A stretch of DNA of 64,000 nucleotides from a virus (lineage: Duplodnaviria > Caudoviricetes): positions 1 through 64,000 of IMG/VR virus record IMGVR_UViG_3300044634_000910; one strand, written 5' to 3'. Positions 17,840 to 26,750 of the stretch are shown here, piece after piece. Each line of letters opens with the position of its first letter. Position 1 is the stretch's first letter. Under the pieces are notes generated by a model. It did not search any database and was not told the origin of the DNA. It saw only the letters and a program-made list of their open reading frames with translations. The position numbers and the translations under genes were made by a program.

Positions 17840-17923
17840 GTCCCACACAAGCAATTCACCTGACTTGCGCCACGGTCTCTATCCAATGGGTAACTAATCC
17901 ATCACTAAGGTCCTGTGTGGGAC
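17840..17923 (-). ncRNA. Candidate 84-nt structured RNA
   Basis: Closing stem GTCCCACACA/TGTGTGGGAC; TGC-TACAAT lies 6 nt before the first G. Confidence 0.6.
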
Positions 17924-17946
17924 AATTATATTGTAGCATAGGAAAT

Positions 17947-17977
17947 GAGCAGTTTATAGACGACTGCTCAGGTCTAT
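17947..17977 (-). ncRNA. Small H-type pseudoknot motif, copy 5
   Basis: ATAGAC-CT-GAGCAG-TC-GTCTAT-AAA-CTGCTC on the - strand. Confidence 0.75.
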
Positions 17978-18072
17978 TAGCCACGAAGATTCGACTCCTG
18001 CTAACTCTCCACTCATAGGAGCATCCGTTGTAAAACCTTTTAAAGTCTTATATCGGAATGTTATCTATTATA

Positions 18073-18489
18073 CTACTTAATTTTAATAGATTTAGGCTTC
18101 TTTTCTTCAGGAACAATACGAACCACATTAACATGCAGCATACCATCCTTAAGTTCTGCAGATGTTACTTCCATGTACTCTCCCAGTGCAAAAGATCTTA
18201 CGAACTTTCTTCCTGCGATTCCCTTGTGAACTACCTCTGCATCTGTCACTTCAACAATCTCACCCTTGATAATTAATGTTCCATTATCTACTGAAACATC
18301 AATATCATCCTTTGAAAACCCAGCGACAGCAAGTGAAATCTTGTATGTGTCTTCATCCAGTTTAATAAGATCATACGGAGGGTACGAATGTGAGTTTGTT
18401 TTATGTGCTGTATTTAGGCGACTCAACTCTCTGTTGAAGCCAATAAAAAAAGGATCATTGAATAGATCCATAGCGTATTTTGTTACCAT
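18073..18489 (-). CDS. Small heat-shock protein (Hsp20/IbpA-like)
   Basis: YPPYDL, LAVAGF, HKGIAGRKFVRSF and PEEKKPKSIKI motifs. Confidence 0.95.
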   Translation of the reverse strand: MVTKYAMDLFNDPFFIGFNRELSRLNTAHKTNSHSYPPYDLIKLDEDTYKISLAVAGFSKDDIDVSVDNGTLIIKGEIVEVTDAEVVHKGIAGRKFVRSFALGEYMEVTSAELKDGMLHVNVVRIVPEEKKPKSIKIK

Positions 18490-18544
18490 GTTATTCCCCT
18501 TTCAAGCGAATAAGTTAATTCCCCCCATTTGGGCAGGTAACAAT

Positions 18545-18573
18545 ATTATAACATAGAAAAGCAGGCCTGTCAA
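18545..18573 (-). promoter_or_regulatory. Consensus promoter for hsp20
   Basis: TTGACA-17 bp-TATAAT, overlapping a terminator hairpin. Confidence 0.8.
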
Positions 18574-18586
18574 ATAACAAGCCTGC
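18557..18586 (-). terminator. Intrinsic terminator after the holin-like gene
   Basis: GCAGGCTTGT..ACAGGCCTGC followed by TTTT. Confidence 0.65.
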
Positions 18587-18601
18587 CAGTCTATATCAAG
18601 A

Positions 18602-18901
18602 TTACTTTACTTGATTAGTTGTCTTTCCTCCGCCAGATGACTTCTTTGCAGGAGCCTTCTTTGCGGTCTTCTTAACAACCTTTGCAGACTTAACTGCCTT
18701 ATCGACCTCTTCAACTGAAGGCATTCTTCCGAATGCTGTATCTGAAGGGTTTGCTGCTCTCAATACAACAGGCACAAGTGCACCAAGTAGTGAGTATGCT
18801 AGTGTCTGTGGATCTGTTACTCCAGATGCATACAACGCTGTTGCTGCACCAAGAACTGATCTTCCGTATGACGCTAGTACTGCTTTGATTTGTTCGTTCA
18901 T
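18602..18901 (-). CDS. Putative holin-like membrane protein
   Basis: SYGRS, two hydrophobic segments, RAANPSD..FG and a basic tail; GAGGAG RBS. Confidence 0.55.
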   Translation of the reverse strand: MNEQIKAVLASYGRSVLGAATALYASGVTDPQTLAYSLLGALVPVVLRAANPSDTAFGRMPSVEEVDKAVKSAKVVKKTAKKAPAKKSSGGGKTTNQVK

Positions 18902-18926
18902 TTTTTCCTCCTATAGGATATTTTAT

Positions 18927-19805
18927 TTATTTACCAGCCTGTTGGCCAGCAAAATCTTTTCTTGATTCTACATAATGTTTTACAAATGAAACAATCTTTG
19001 TAGACTCTGATCTTGGGACTGCATTTATTAACAAGTGATTAATATTATCTTCTTCAAGCATTTGAATAAATTCATGAAAACTGTCATGTGTAAAATATTC
19101 TACATCTTCTACAACTTTTGTAACGTCTCCTTTTTTCCATACGGGCTTCATGGCATGATGTGCTAAAGTTTCAAGTTCCTCTTTTGTTTCTCTAATGACT
19201 GGAGTCATTGCTAACATTATTTCAATGTCACCTCTTTCAAACTCAATCTTTAATGAAGGATCTTTGAGCCAGTCAGACCAAAATCCACGCTTATATATGC
19301 TGTATGGAAGGATAATTTTATTTTTATATTTTTTAACTGCATCAAAAACATAGTTGTTAGTCGTTGATATATAAACATCGAGTTGCTCTTCTTTCTTTTT
19401 GTTTTTTGATATCTCATCTAAACTTTCAATAAACTTAATAGTATAGTTTGATCTTTCAACTGAAGAAGATGAGTCGCTAACATCACCAACAATTCCACCA
19501 ACATTGCTTTCATGGTCTTTGATGTATCCTGCAATTATATTTATTTGTAGTCTATCTTTTTGAATCTCGCTTATTGATTGATTGATAGCATATAGGTACT
19601 GTGGAGATATTGTATAAGGTCTAATTGCAATAAGGTATTTAATTTTTTCGTTTAACTTGATATCTCTGGCAACTCTAACGAACATATCTCCTTGTGTAGC
19701 ATCATAGGTAAACATAACTCCATCAAAGTGATGACTATTTAGGGTAGATGTGTCTTCAAGTGTATCGTTTTCATTAAATGTCCCGCCAAAGTAATAAAAT
19801 TTCAT
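18927..19805 (-). CDS. Luciferase-like (flavin monooxygenase fold) protein
   Basis: MKFYYF, KYLIAIRPYTISPQYL and RLQINIIAG resemble SsuD/LLM N-terminal motifs. Confidence 0.7.
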   Translation of the reverse strand: MKFYYFGGTFNENDTLEDTSTLNSHHFDGVMFTYDATQGDMFVRVARDIKLNEKIKYLIAIRPYTISPQYLYAINQSISEIQKDRLQINIIAGYIKDHESNVGGIVGDVSDSSSSVERSNYTIKFIESLDEISKNKKKEEQLDVYISTTNNYVFDAVKKYKNKIILPYSIYKRGFWSDWLKDPSLKIEFERGDIEIMLAMTPVIRETKEELETLAHHAMKPVWKKGDVTKVVEDVEYFTHDSFHEFIQMLEEDNINHLLINAVPRSESTKIVSFVKHYVESRKDFAGQQAGK

Positions 19806-20659
19806 TATTTGTTTATTTCCCTATACTCTTCTGACTGAACATAGTCCCTAATAAAAGGTATTATTACATTATTTTCTTCTTGAGGAACAGCATTAATTAA
19901 TAAATAGTTTATGTTATCTTTCTTCAACTGTTTAATAAATTCATGAAAACTTTTATGAGTAAAGTATCCCACATCATTAACTACTTTTGGTATTTCTCCT
20001 TTTTGCCATACAGGTCTTAATGCATAATTGTTTAAAGATTCTAGTTCTTCCTGAGTCTCTCTAATAATTGGTGTAATTGCTAACATTATTTGTTTGCTTG
20101 AAACATCTAAAGATTTATTATATTTTTTAAACCAAAGATTATCTTTGTATAAACTGTATGGAAGAATTATTTTATTGTTATATTTATTTACTGTGTCAAG
20201 AACTCTTGGATTTGTTGTTGTTACAAAAAAATCTAAAGGGGACCTAAGATTTTTTCCTGACTGCATTTCATTTAGTGTATTTAGAAACTCTGTCATGTAT
20301 TTTCTTTTAGCAACTTTGTCTGATTGATCGTTTACCTCTCCAACAATTCCATTAAAACTATTCTCATGATCTTTTGTATATCCTGTAATTAAGTTTAGTT
20401 GAATCCTATTTTTATCTATCTTATTTAAAGAATCATTAATCATATAAAGGTATTGAGGAGATATTGTGTATGGTCTTATGGCAATTAAATATTTAATGTT
20501 TTTAGTTTCTTTTATATCTAATGCTGCCTTTACAAATATATCTCCTTGAGGGATATCATGTGTGAACATAACTCCAGAAAAATGGTGCTTTTCTAAATAT
20601 GCTGGGGACTTAACAGATCCTTCTTCTCCAATTACTCCACCAAAATAATAAAATTTCAT
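19805..20659 (-). CDS. Luciferase-like protein, tandem paralogue
   Basis: Same motifs as the neighbouring gene. Confidence 0.7.
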   Translation of the reverse strand: MKFYYFGGVIGEEGSVKSPAYLEKHHFSGVMFTHDIPQGDIFVKAALDIKETKNIKYLIAIRPYTISPQYLYMINDSLNKIDKNRIQLNLITGYTKDHENSFNGIVGEVNDQSDKVAKRKYMTEFLNTLNEMQSGKNLRSPLDFFVTTTNPRVLDTVNKYNNKIILPYSLYKDNLWFKKYNKSLDVSSKQIMLAITPIIRETQEELESLNNYALRPVWQKGEIPKVVNDVGYFTHKSFHEFIKQLKKDNINYLLINAVPQEENNVIIPFIRDYVQSEEYREINK

Positions 20660-20801
20660 TTTGTCGCCTGACTATAGTGTAGATCACACAGTTCTACAAT
20701 TCTGCTTTCAGAACTTGCCCAAATCTGTGTTCCCTCATCCTGGCACAACTCCTCTTCGCATATGAACATGCTAAGATTTTTAGTTGATTTAAGGACTATC
20801 A

Positions 20802-21227
20802 TTACTCTATTTTATCATAGTCTTCTGGTAGTAGTTTCTTTAGTTCTTTGTATGCCACCGAAATTTTCTTCATTGAGTGGTAATGAGGATAAGCAGATCC
20901 AACCTCTCCATACTCATCAAAATATGCTATCTCTGGTTCTATATCAGTAATAAACTTATTTAGTGATGACTGGAAACCTTCTATATACTGATAAGCCCAA
21001 TCTCTAGAATCTGAAACAAATTTTAAAAAAGCATCTGAGTCATTTTCTTTTTTTAACAAATTTCGTGCTGATGCTTCAAATAGTTTTTCAGCCAAGATTG
21101 TTTTATCTATGTGTGCTTGAATCAACTGTTTAGATATAGCAGAAATCTTAAAATTAAACCTAATATTGTTTACTATCAAAGCAAAAAATAAGATTATAAA
21201 AAATGCAAAAGAAATAAATTCAATCAT
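20802..21227 (-). CDS. Membrane-anchored hypothetical protein
   Basis: N-terminal TM helix; FLKFVSDSRDWAYQYIE. Confidence 0.75.
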   Translation of the reverse strand: MIEFISFAFFIILFFALIVNNIRFNFKISAISKQLIQAHIDKTILAEKLFEASARNLLKKENDSDAFLKFVSDSRDWAYQYIEGFQSSLNKFITDIEPEIAYFDEYGEVGSAYPHYHSMKKISVAYKELKKLLPEDYDKIE

Positions 21228-21460
21228 AGATCTTTACCGCCCTCTCTAACTAACAAAACAATTGCTCCATTTTCTTCAAGTGCTTTTTTTGTACGAATCA
21301 TATACTCTACAGCCTCTTTTCTTTCTTCTCCCGAAAGACTCATAAACTGTTTTTCACTTGCTTTAACTGTTAAAAAATTGTCATGATCTACTATCTGAAG
21401 TTCAAAACCCTTTGGACCTTTGATAGAACGAAAAGCCATTCTCATTGAATCTGTATACAT
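21224..21460 (-). CDS. Hypothetical protein
   Basis: 78-aa ORF coupled within the operon. Confidence 0.7.
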   Translation of the reverse strand: MYTDSMRMAFRSIKGPKGFELQIVDHDNFLTVKASEKQFMSLSGEERKEAVEYMIRTKKALEENGAIVLLVREGGKDL

Positions 21461-21461
21461 T

Positions 21462-21746
21462 TTATTGCTCCGTTGTTAGTCTTTGCCATGTGTTTGCCCA
21501 GTCTGATTTAGACTTATGCTTAGAAAACTCTTTAGAAATTTGCCCACCTTCAAGGTAAACTCCTCCCCAAACTCCCCATTCTTTTTGTGAAACTCCAACG
21601 GCAAAACACATCTTTGATACTGGACACATAGAGCATAGTTTATCTATTGCTGGTCTAAGCAACTCATCATCTTCATACTTTTCAAAGAATAAATTTGTAT
21701 CGTAATCTAAACATAAAGCATTGTCTTTCCATTCATGTTTAGGCAT
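21462..21746 (-). CDS. whiB: WhiB-family transcription factor
   Basis: W...ALC, CSMCPVSKMC and GVWGG; four conserved Cys. Confidence 0.9.
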   Translation of the reverse strand: MPKHEWKDNALCLDYDTNLFFEKYEDDELLRPAIDKLCSMCPVSKMCFAVGVSQKEWGVWGGVYLEGGQISKEFSKHKSKSDWANTWQRLTTEQ

Positions 21747-21747
21747 G

Positions 21748-21957
21748 CTAACCTACAAACTTGTCTGGTATGTCCCATCCATTCTTAGAAGGTACAAAAC
21801 GACGCTGTAGGTGCCACTTGCCATCTACGAATGCACCCTGTGGTGCTGTTCTACCCTTCTCAGAAGGATAAGTATTTACCACTGTCCATCCATCCCACAC
21901 CAAAGATTTGTTTGCATTAACAATCTTTTCCATTTGCTCTAATGATTTAATTTGCAT
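21748..21957 (-). CDS. Hypothetical protein
   Basis: MQIKSLEQME...WDGWTV; AAGGA RBS. Confidence 0.7.
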   Translation of the reverse strand: MQIKSLEQMEKIVNANKSLVWDGWTVVNTYPSEKGRTAPQGAFVDGKWHLQRRFVPSKNGWDIPDKFVG

Positions 21958-21970
21958 CTTTATTCCTTTG

Positions 21971-22321
21971 TTAGTATCTGAAAATGCCATATTCGACATT
22001 ATTATTTTTTGCTTCATCAACAAGTTTTGAGACCTGTTCTCTTTCTTTACTTAAGAAAGCAAAGTAGTTTATATCTGAAATATTTTCTGCAACCCATGAA
22101 GGGGCAACAGCCTTATACTTAATACTTTTGCCACGAGCCTTTAGTCCTCGCTCTGAAAGGTTTGCAAACTCCATAGCCATAGAATTAATGTTTGCAGGTC
22201 CTGCAGAGTAAATATAAAAATATGGATCTTCTTCTTTTAAAGAAGACATTGTAACTGCCATGGCTCTAAGAAAAACCTGGTAGTCATCAAAACTACTGGT
22301 TCCTTGAATCCCCACTATCAT
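21971..22321 (-). CDS. Hypothetical protein (possibly SLOG/YspA-like)
   Basis: MIVGIQGTSSFDDY N-terminus. Confidence 0.55.
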   Translation of the reverse strand: MIVGIQGTSSFDDYQVFLRAMAVTMSSLKEEDPYFYIYSAGPANINSMAMEFANLSERGLKARGKSIKYKAVAPSWVAENISDINYFAFLSKEREQVSKLVDEAKNNNVEYGIFRY

Positions 22322-22715
22322 TTTTCTTCCCATCTCTAAGTTGATCCATTATAAATAGCATCTTATCTAATTGTACCTTATCCATACCCATCGTGTCAAC
22401 TACGGTTGCACTCTGTTTGTCTATAGAATCTCCATCCACATCAGCACAATAAAAGCCTCCATCCTTAACAAAATAAGCCTTGTTATCAAGGATTACAACC
22501 CTTATGTTTACCTTTTCATCATGCTTGCTTGACTGGGTAGGCATCCTTTTTCTATAAGTTTTAAGATCTGGAAGCAGTGGCATAACCAATGTGTGTATAT
22601 GGCTTTGGCTATATCTAATATTATTTACTTTGGTTTTTAGGGTGCGTGGAAGTATTAGCCTTGTTGTTATAAACATGGCTAAAATGGTTAGCGCAGATCC
22701 TAAAAAGTATTCCAT
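22293..22715 (-). CDS. Membrane-anchored hypothetical protein
   Basis: N-terminal hydrophobic helix; TATAAT and GGAG upstream. Confidence 0.7.
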   Translation of the reverse strand: MEYFLGSALTILAMFITTRLILPRTLKTKVNNIRYSQSHIHTLVMPLLPDLKTYRKRMPTQSSKHDEKVNIRVVILDNKAYFVKDGGFYCADVDGDSIDKQSATVVDTMGMDKVQLDKMLFIMDQLRDGKKNDSGDSRNQ

Positions 22716-22736
22716 AGTGTCTCCAAAACAATTATA

Positions 22737-23075
22737 CTACTTATCTAAAAGAATAACTCTGATTATCTCTTTCAATGTAGCCTGAGACTCTTTACTTAGT
22801 TTAGAAACCGCTTCCTGATCCAGCGCTTTAGGAGTCAATGTAACTATTGGATTTTTTTCAGTAACATCCATATCTAAAAATCCATGGCTCCACAAAGACA
22901 TAGTCTCACGAGAAAAATATAGAGATACTTCCCTATGTAGTTCTGGGCTTATATCTATCAACTTTTCTGTAAAATTGTATATAGGCTCACCAGTATCCAT
23001 ATCTATTCCAGAAACTTCAAGGGCACCAGCCAAGATTAATTGGTCTATTGCATCATCTTCATCTTTAAAGTTCAT
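22737..23075 (-). CDS. Hypothetical protein
   Basis: LILAGALEVSGID..TGE..Y; paralogous to the next ORF. Confidence 0.7.
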   Translation of the reverse strand: MNFKDEDDAIDQLILAGALEVSGIDMDTGEPIYNFTEKLIDISPELHREVSLYFSRETMSLWSHGFLDMDVTEKNPIVTLTPKALDQEAVSKLSKESQATLKEIIRVILLDK

Positions 23076-23296
23076 TGACGAATTCTCCATGTCATTCTTG
23101 TAGGACCCTGCTCAATTAGTTGAAACATGTGGTGCTCATACTGATCTTTTAGTTCTTCGTATATATCTGGACTGACTTCTTTCATCTTATCAGTAATTGT
23201 ATACATCATCTCACCAGTTGCTTCATCTATACCCTGAAATTCAACAGCACCCTGAAGCATTAAGTGTTCAAGCATGGCTTGTTCTTTAAGCCCCAT
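23072..23296 (-). CDS. Hypothetical protein
   Basis: LMLQGAVEFQGID..TGE..Y. Confidence 0.7.
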   Translation of the reverse strand: MGLKEQAMLEHLMLQGAVEFQGIDEATGEMMYTITDKMKEVSPDIYEELKDQYEHHMFQLIEQGPTRMTWRIRQ

Positions 23297-23297
23297 A

Positions 23298-23705
23298 TTA
23301 CTTACCTGACTTTGCTCTTGCCTTCTTCAAAGCGTCAAAATCTTTGACCTTTGTCTCTCCCATATAGCCCCAGGCATGGCCATCATTGATCATCTTGTCA
23401 TTAATTGAGACGGTATCTCCATCAAGGTAGACCCAACCAAGGATGCGACCATACTTTTCTGATGAGTCCATCTTCTCTGTCTTGATCACTACAGACTTAG
23501 CACTGTCAATAGCAGCCTTCAAATAAGCCTTTGCTTCCAGTCCTAAAGCCTTTTCAGCCTTGTCTGTAGTACGAGACTCAGGTGTATCAATACCAGCCAG
23601 TCTTACCCTTGAACTAAAAGAAATATCAAACCCTAAATCAATATCGACATCAATGGTATCTCCATCAACGACTTTTGTTACTTTCTTTACATAATATTCA
23701 AACAT
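23298..23705 (-). CDS. Thermonuclease (SNase-like)
   Basis: VVDGDTID, VRLAGIDTPE and KYGRILG motifs. Confidence 0.9.
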   Translation of the reverse strand: MFEYYVKKVTKVVDGDTIDVDIDLGFDISFSSRVRLAGIDTPESRTTDKAEKALGLEAKAYLKAAIDSAKSVVIKTEKMDSSEKYGRILGWVYLDGDTVSINDKMINDGHAWGYMGETKVKDFDALKKARAKSGK

Positions 23706-23715
23706 TTGTGCCCCC

Positions 23716-24000
23716 TTAGACCCAATACTTAATTATAGCAGTTGCTGCAAGAATTGACCAGATTATATTAAACCAAATAATTGTTGGTAATGTTTTTACT
23801 GTTGATGACCAAATTAAAGATAAACTGGTTATTAATGCAAAGATGTATAGCCACCAAAACTGTACACCAAAAATAAGACCTGGAATAATAATTGCTGCCT
23901 TGGTCATAAAGGCAAAGAACTCTACCGTATTTGGTAGGTTCCAATAAGACTTATGCTTCATTGTCTTTAGAGCATTAATCCACTCTGTTCTAAATTTCAT
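23716..24000 (-). CDS. Small membrane protein
   Basis: Three hydrophobic segments. Confidence 0.7.
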   Translation of the reverse strand: MKFRTEWINALKTMKHKSYWNLPNTVEFFAFMTKAAIIIPGLIFGVQFWWLYIFALITSLSLIWSSTVKTLPTIIWFNIIWSILAATAIIKYWV

Positions 24001-25520
24001 TTTAGTCCCTCCAAAAATTGCCTATGATTTGTACATTCTGAAACTTTGTACTGTCTGTACTTGCTGTGATATTCATAGTTTTCTACTGCTTTTTTATACT
24101 CATCAGAAAGTTCTACATATTCTTTTGCAAGATTTTTATTAATTTTTTCTTGTGCTGAACCAATCAAAAACCAACTCTTAGAGTGCCAATGGTTTCCGTT
24201 ATCTCGTGAACTTGGCATTCTTTTTTGCCAAGCGTCTAACTTTTTCTTTATTTTTTCTGGTGCATTTTCATATGAAAATTTGTTCCAGAATTTTGTATCT
24301 TTGCGTAGGGCCATGTAATGAAAATATATAAGGTCTAGAACATCATCATTCATATTTACAATAATCTTATTAAACTCTGCTCTTATTTCAGGAGAATTAT
24401 TGGTTAGAAAGTCTGGACTACCAAATATCTCAGTCAATTCAACCATACTTACCCACAAAGAAGTCGCCTCAAGTGGCTCTACAAAGTTTGCTGCCAAGCC
24501 AACTGCTACACAGTTGTTTTGCCATGGCTCCTCAAATGCTCCTGGGCTAAATTTAAAACCACCCTTATCTTTTCTTGGATAGTGAGGAACAAAGCCTAAG
24601 AAATCTTCAATCTCTTTAATTGCTTCTTCTTCTGATATCAGAGACGAGTCATAGACATAGCCACAACCAAACCTTGTCTGTAGAGGAATCTTCCACATCC
24701 ATCCATATTTCATTGCAATTGCTTCTGTATATGGTGGAATTTCTTCTGTCATATCCAAGAAAAATGGAATTGCAGAATCTGTTGGCAAAAATTCTTTATA
24801 ACTTTTCCATTTAGAGTTAAAGGTTTTTCCAATAATTAGCCTATGAAATCCACTACAATCAAACACAAAGTCGCACAGAATATTTGATCCACCATCTAAG
24901 TCCAAACTGATTACATTATTGTCTTTATCTAAATGAACATTAGTTATTGTGTCCTCAAATACTTCAATACCTCTTTCAAGACCTATCTCTTTAAATCTTG
25001 CTGCAAGTTTTGTAGCATTAAAATGAAAAGATGTATAGCCTATCTTTTTATAATCTGAAAGAGTATTCCCATCTTTATTTTTTTCAAGAACAAAAGGAAC
25101 TTTATTTTTTTCTGAAACTATTTCTGTAAAGTCTATATCCCTTACATTATTATTTAATACAATGCTTGAGACCATCATTGGGCTTGCAGACAAGAACCGA
25201 GAAGAAAGTGCCTCTGTTCCAAGAGCATTGTCCGTAAATGCAAAACCATGATAATAAAAGTCATTTTCGTTATTCCAATTTGTAAATTTAATTCCATTTT
25301 TTATTGTTGCATCACAATTTTTTACTAAGTCTTCAAAAGTTATATCTAAGGTTTCTAAAAATGCAGGTAAGTATGGTGTGGAGCCTTCTCCTGCACCCAA
25401 GATACCAATATCTTTTGACTCTATTACAATAACATTTAGTTTTGGATACTTCTTTTTTGCGGTCAACGCCGTAAGCCATCCAGCACTTCCTCCACCAACA
25501 ACAACTATATTCTTTGTCAT
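23997..25520 (-). CDS. Tryptophan-halogenase-family flavoprotein
   Basis: GGGSAGW, GAGEGS, ATIKNGIKF, DCSGF, WMWKIP and FVEPLEATS motifs. Confidence 0.9.
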   Translation of the reverse strand: MTKNIVVVGGGSAGWLTALTAKKKYPKLNVIVIESKDIGILGAGEGSTPYLPAFLETLDITFEDLVKNCDATIKNGIKFTNWNNENDFYYHGFAFTDNALGTEALSSRFLSASPMMVSSIVLNNNVRDIDFTEIVSEKNKVPFVLEKNKDGNTLSDYKKIGYTSFHFNATKLAARFKEIGLERGIEVFEDTITNVHLDKDNNVISLDLDGGSNILCDFVFDCSGFHRLIIGKTFNSKWKSYKEFLPTDSAIPFFLDMTEEIPPYTEAIAMKYGWMWKIPLQTRFGCGYVYDSSLISEEEAIKEIEDFLGFVPHYPRKDKGGFKFSPGAFEEPWQNNCVAVGLAANFVEPLEATSLWVSMVELTEIFGSPDFLTNNSPEIRAEFNKIIVNMNDDVLDLIYFHYMALRKDTKFWNKFSYENAPEKIKKKLDAWQKRMPSSRDNGNHWHSKSWFLIGSAQEKINKNLAKEYVELSDEYKKAVENYEYHSKYRQYKVSECTNHRQFLEGLK

Positions 25521-25723
25521 TACTTTCTTCCCCATTGTATATAGTTCCATCCACGCTCATGTGCGTAGTAGATAAATACTTTAACTACCGTTTCCCAAAA
25601 TGCAATCGTCACAGAGAGAGAAGCGTTTTTTGTAATGACATAGGCAACAGCAACAGAGGAAAGCGTTCCCCATATGCGATAACTAAGTGCCTTAACAAAT
25701 GACCTTGCCTTGGTTACTGTCAT
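25520..25723 (-). CDS. DUF2061 membrane protein
   Basis: RSFVKALSYR...YYAHERGW. Confidence 0.85.
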   Translation of the reverse strand: MTVTKARSFVKALSYRIWGTLSSVAVAYVITKNASLSVTIAFWETVVKVFIYYAHERGWNYIQWGRK

Positions 25724-25923
25724 TCCTTGCCCCACCTAACAGCATTCCAAATTCTTTCATGATAATAGTATGCCACAAAGTTAACCCCATTGGTTATTAG
25801 TGTAGCAATAGTAGCCAGACTAATATCTTCGCTCAAAGCATAAAGAGTCACAAACCCTGAAACCATTGCGACAACTCTCCATGTTAAAGACTTAACAAGT
25901 GATCTACTTTTCTTTACGCTCAT
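25720..25923 (-). CDS. DUF2061 membrane protein
   Basis: RSLVKSLTWR...YYYHERIW. Confidence 0.85.
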   Translation of the reverse strand: MSVKKSRSLVKSLTWRVVAMVSGFVTLYALSEDISLATIATLITNGVNFVAYYYHERIWNAVRWGKE

Positions 25924-25988
25924 CTTTGTCTCCAAACATTATTCGCTCTTCTGCTTCGTTCATTAAGCGACCAGACTCTTCTAAATAA

Positions 25989-26750
25989 TTAAAGACCCAA
26001 CTGCTTGCGTTTTTCAGTAGCCGATATAGCATGAATGTCTGCCCCCAAATCCACTTGCTCAATCTTGTATCCTACATCACGACCATATACAATGTTGGTA
26101 ATGTTTGGTAGTCTTAATACCAATGCACCATCCATAAAGTCGTCCTTGGCAATATATTCCTTTACCTGATCAAACTTAAGAGGATCCTTATCGCTTGTAT
26201 TGTAGGTATTACGGACTCCAAGCAGTACTTGGTCTGTTCTCTTCCCTGCCTCTTTATAAAGGGCGTGGTGGCCCTCGTGCCAGGGCTGGTACCTACCCAG
26301 CATAAGTGTTGTAGGTGCAGACCAATCATGAAGACTAAACTTATCGATGATGTGAGATGCCTTTGCTTCTGCATCTAAGTTGTGACTAATAAAAGATACA
26401 TCTGCATTGGTTGGTCGTTCAAACATTTTGTTTGTGTCTTCGAATCTACCCTCAGCAATAGTGTCCATGAATACTAAAATGTCTGGCTTGCCAAATGCTG
26501 CACGAGTTAGATCTGTTGGGCATACAAAGTCAACAATTACTGAAGCAACGCCTTGCTTAGCAATAAGCCTTGCCATCTCTCCCATACGACGAGCCTGCTC
26601 AAGTCTGTCCTCTGGTGCAAACCCCAAGTCTGAGTTGACTGTTGCACGAACCTCATCTGCATTAAGATGAATAGCATTAATGCGTTCTTTAAGTGCCTTT
26701 GCTAATTCTGTTTTACCAGAACCTGGTAGTCCAATAATTTGAATAATCAT
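25989..26750 (-). CDS. Adenylylsulfate-kinase-like domain fused to an HxGH nucleotidyltransferase
   Basis: GLPGSGKT, NADEVR, DLGF..EDR; C-terminal GRYQPWHEGH and ISAT. Confidence 0.85.
   Translation of the reverse strand: MIIQIIGLPGSGKTELAKALKERINAIHLNADEVRATVNSDLGFAPEDRLEQARRMGEMARLIAKQGVASVIVDFVCPTDLTRAAFGKPDILVFMDTIAEGRFEDTNKMFERPTNADVSFISHNLDAEAKASHIIDKFSLHDWSAPTTLMLGRYQPWHEGHHALYKEAGKRTDQVLLGVRNTYNTSDKDPLKFDQVKEYIAKDDFMDGALVLRLPNITNIVYGRDVGYKIEQVDLGADIHAISATEKRKQLGL

Noticed and set aside
17840-17923. 84-nt RNA as SRP RNA or tRNA
   Set aside because: GTCAGGT is present, but the GNRA loop and AGCAG of SRP domain IV are missing; there is no T arm or anticodon arm.
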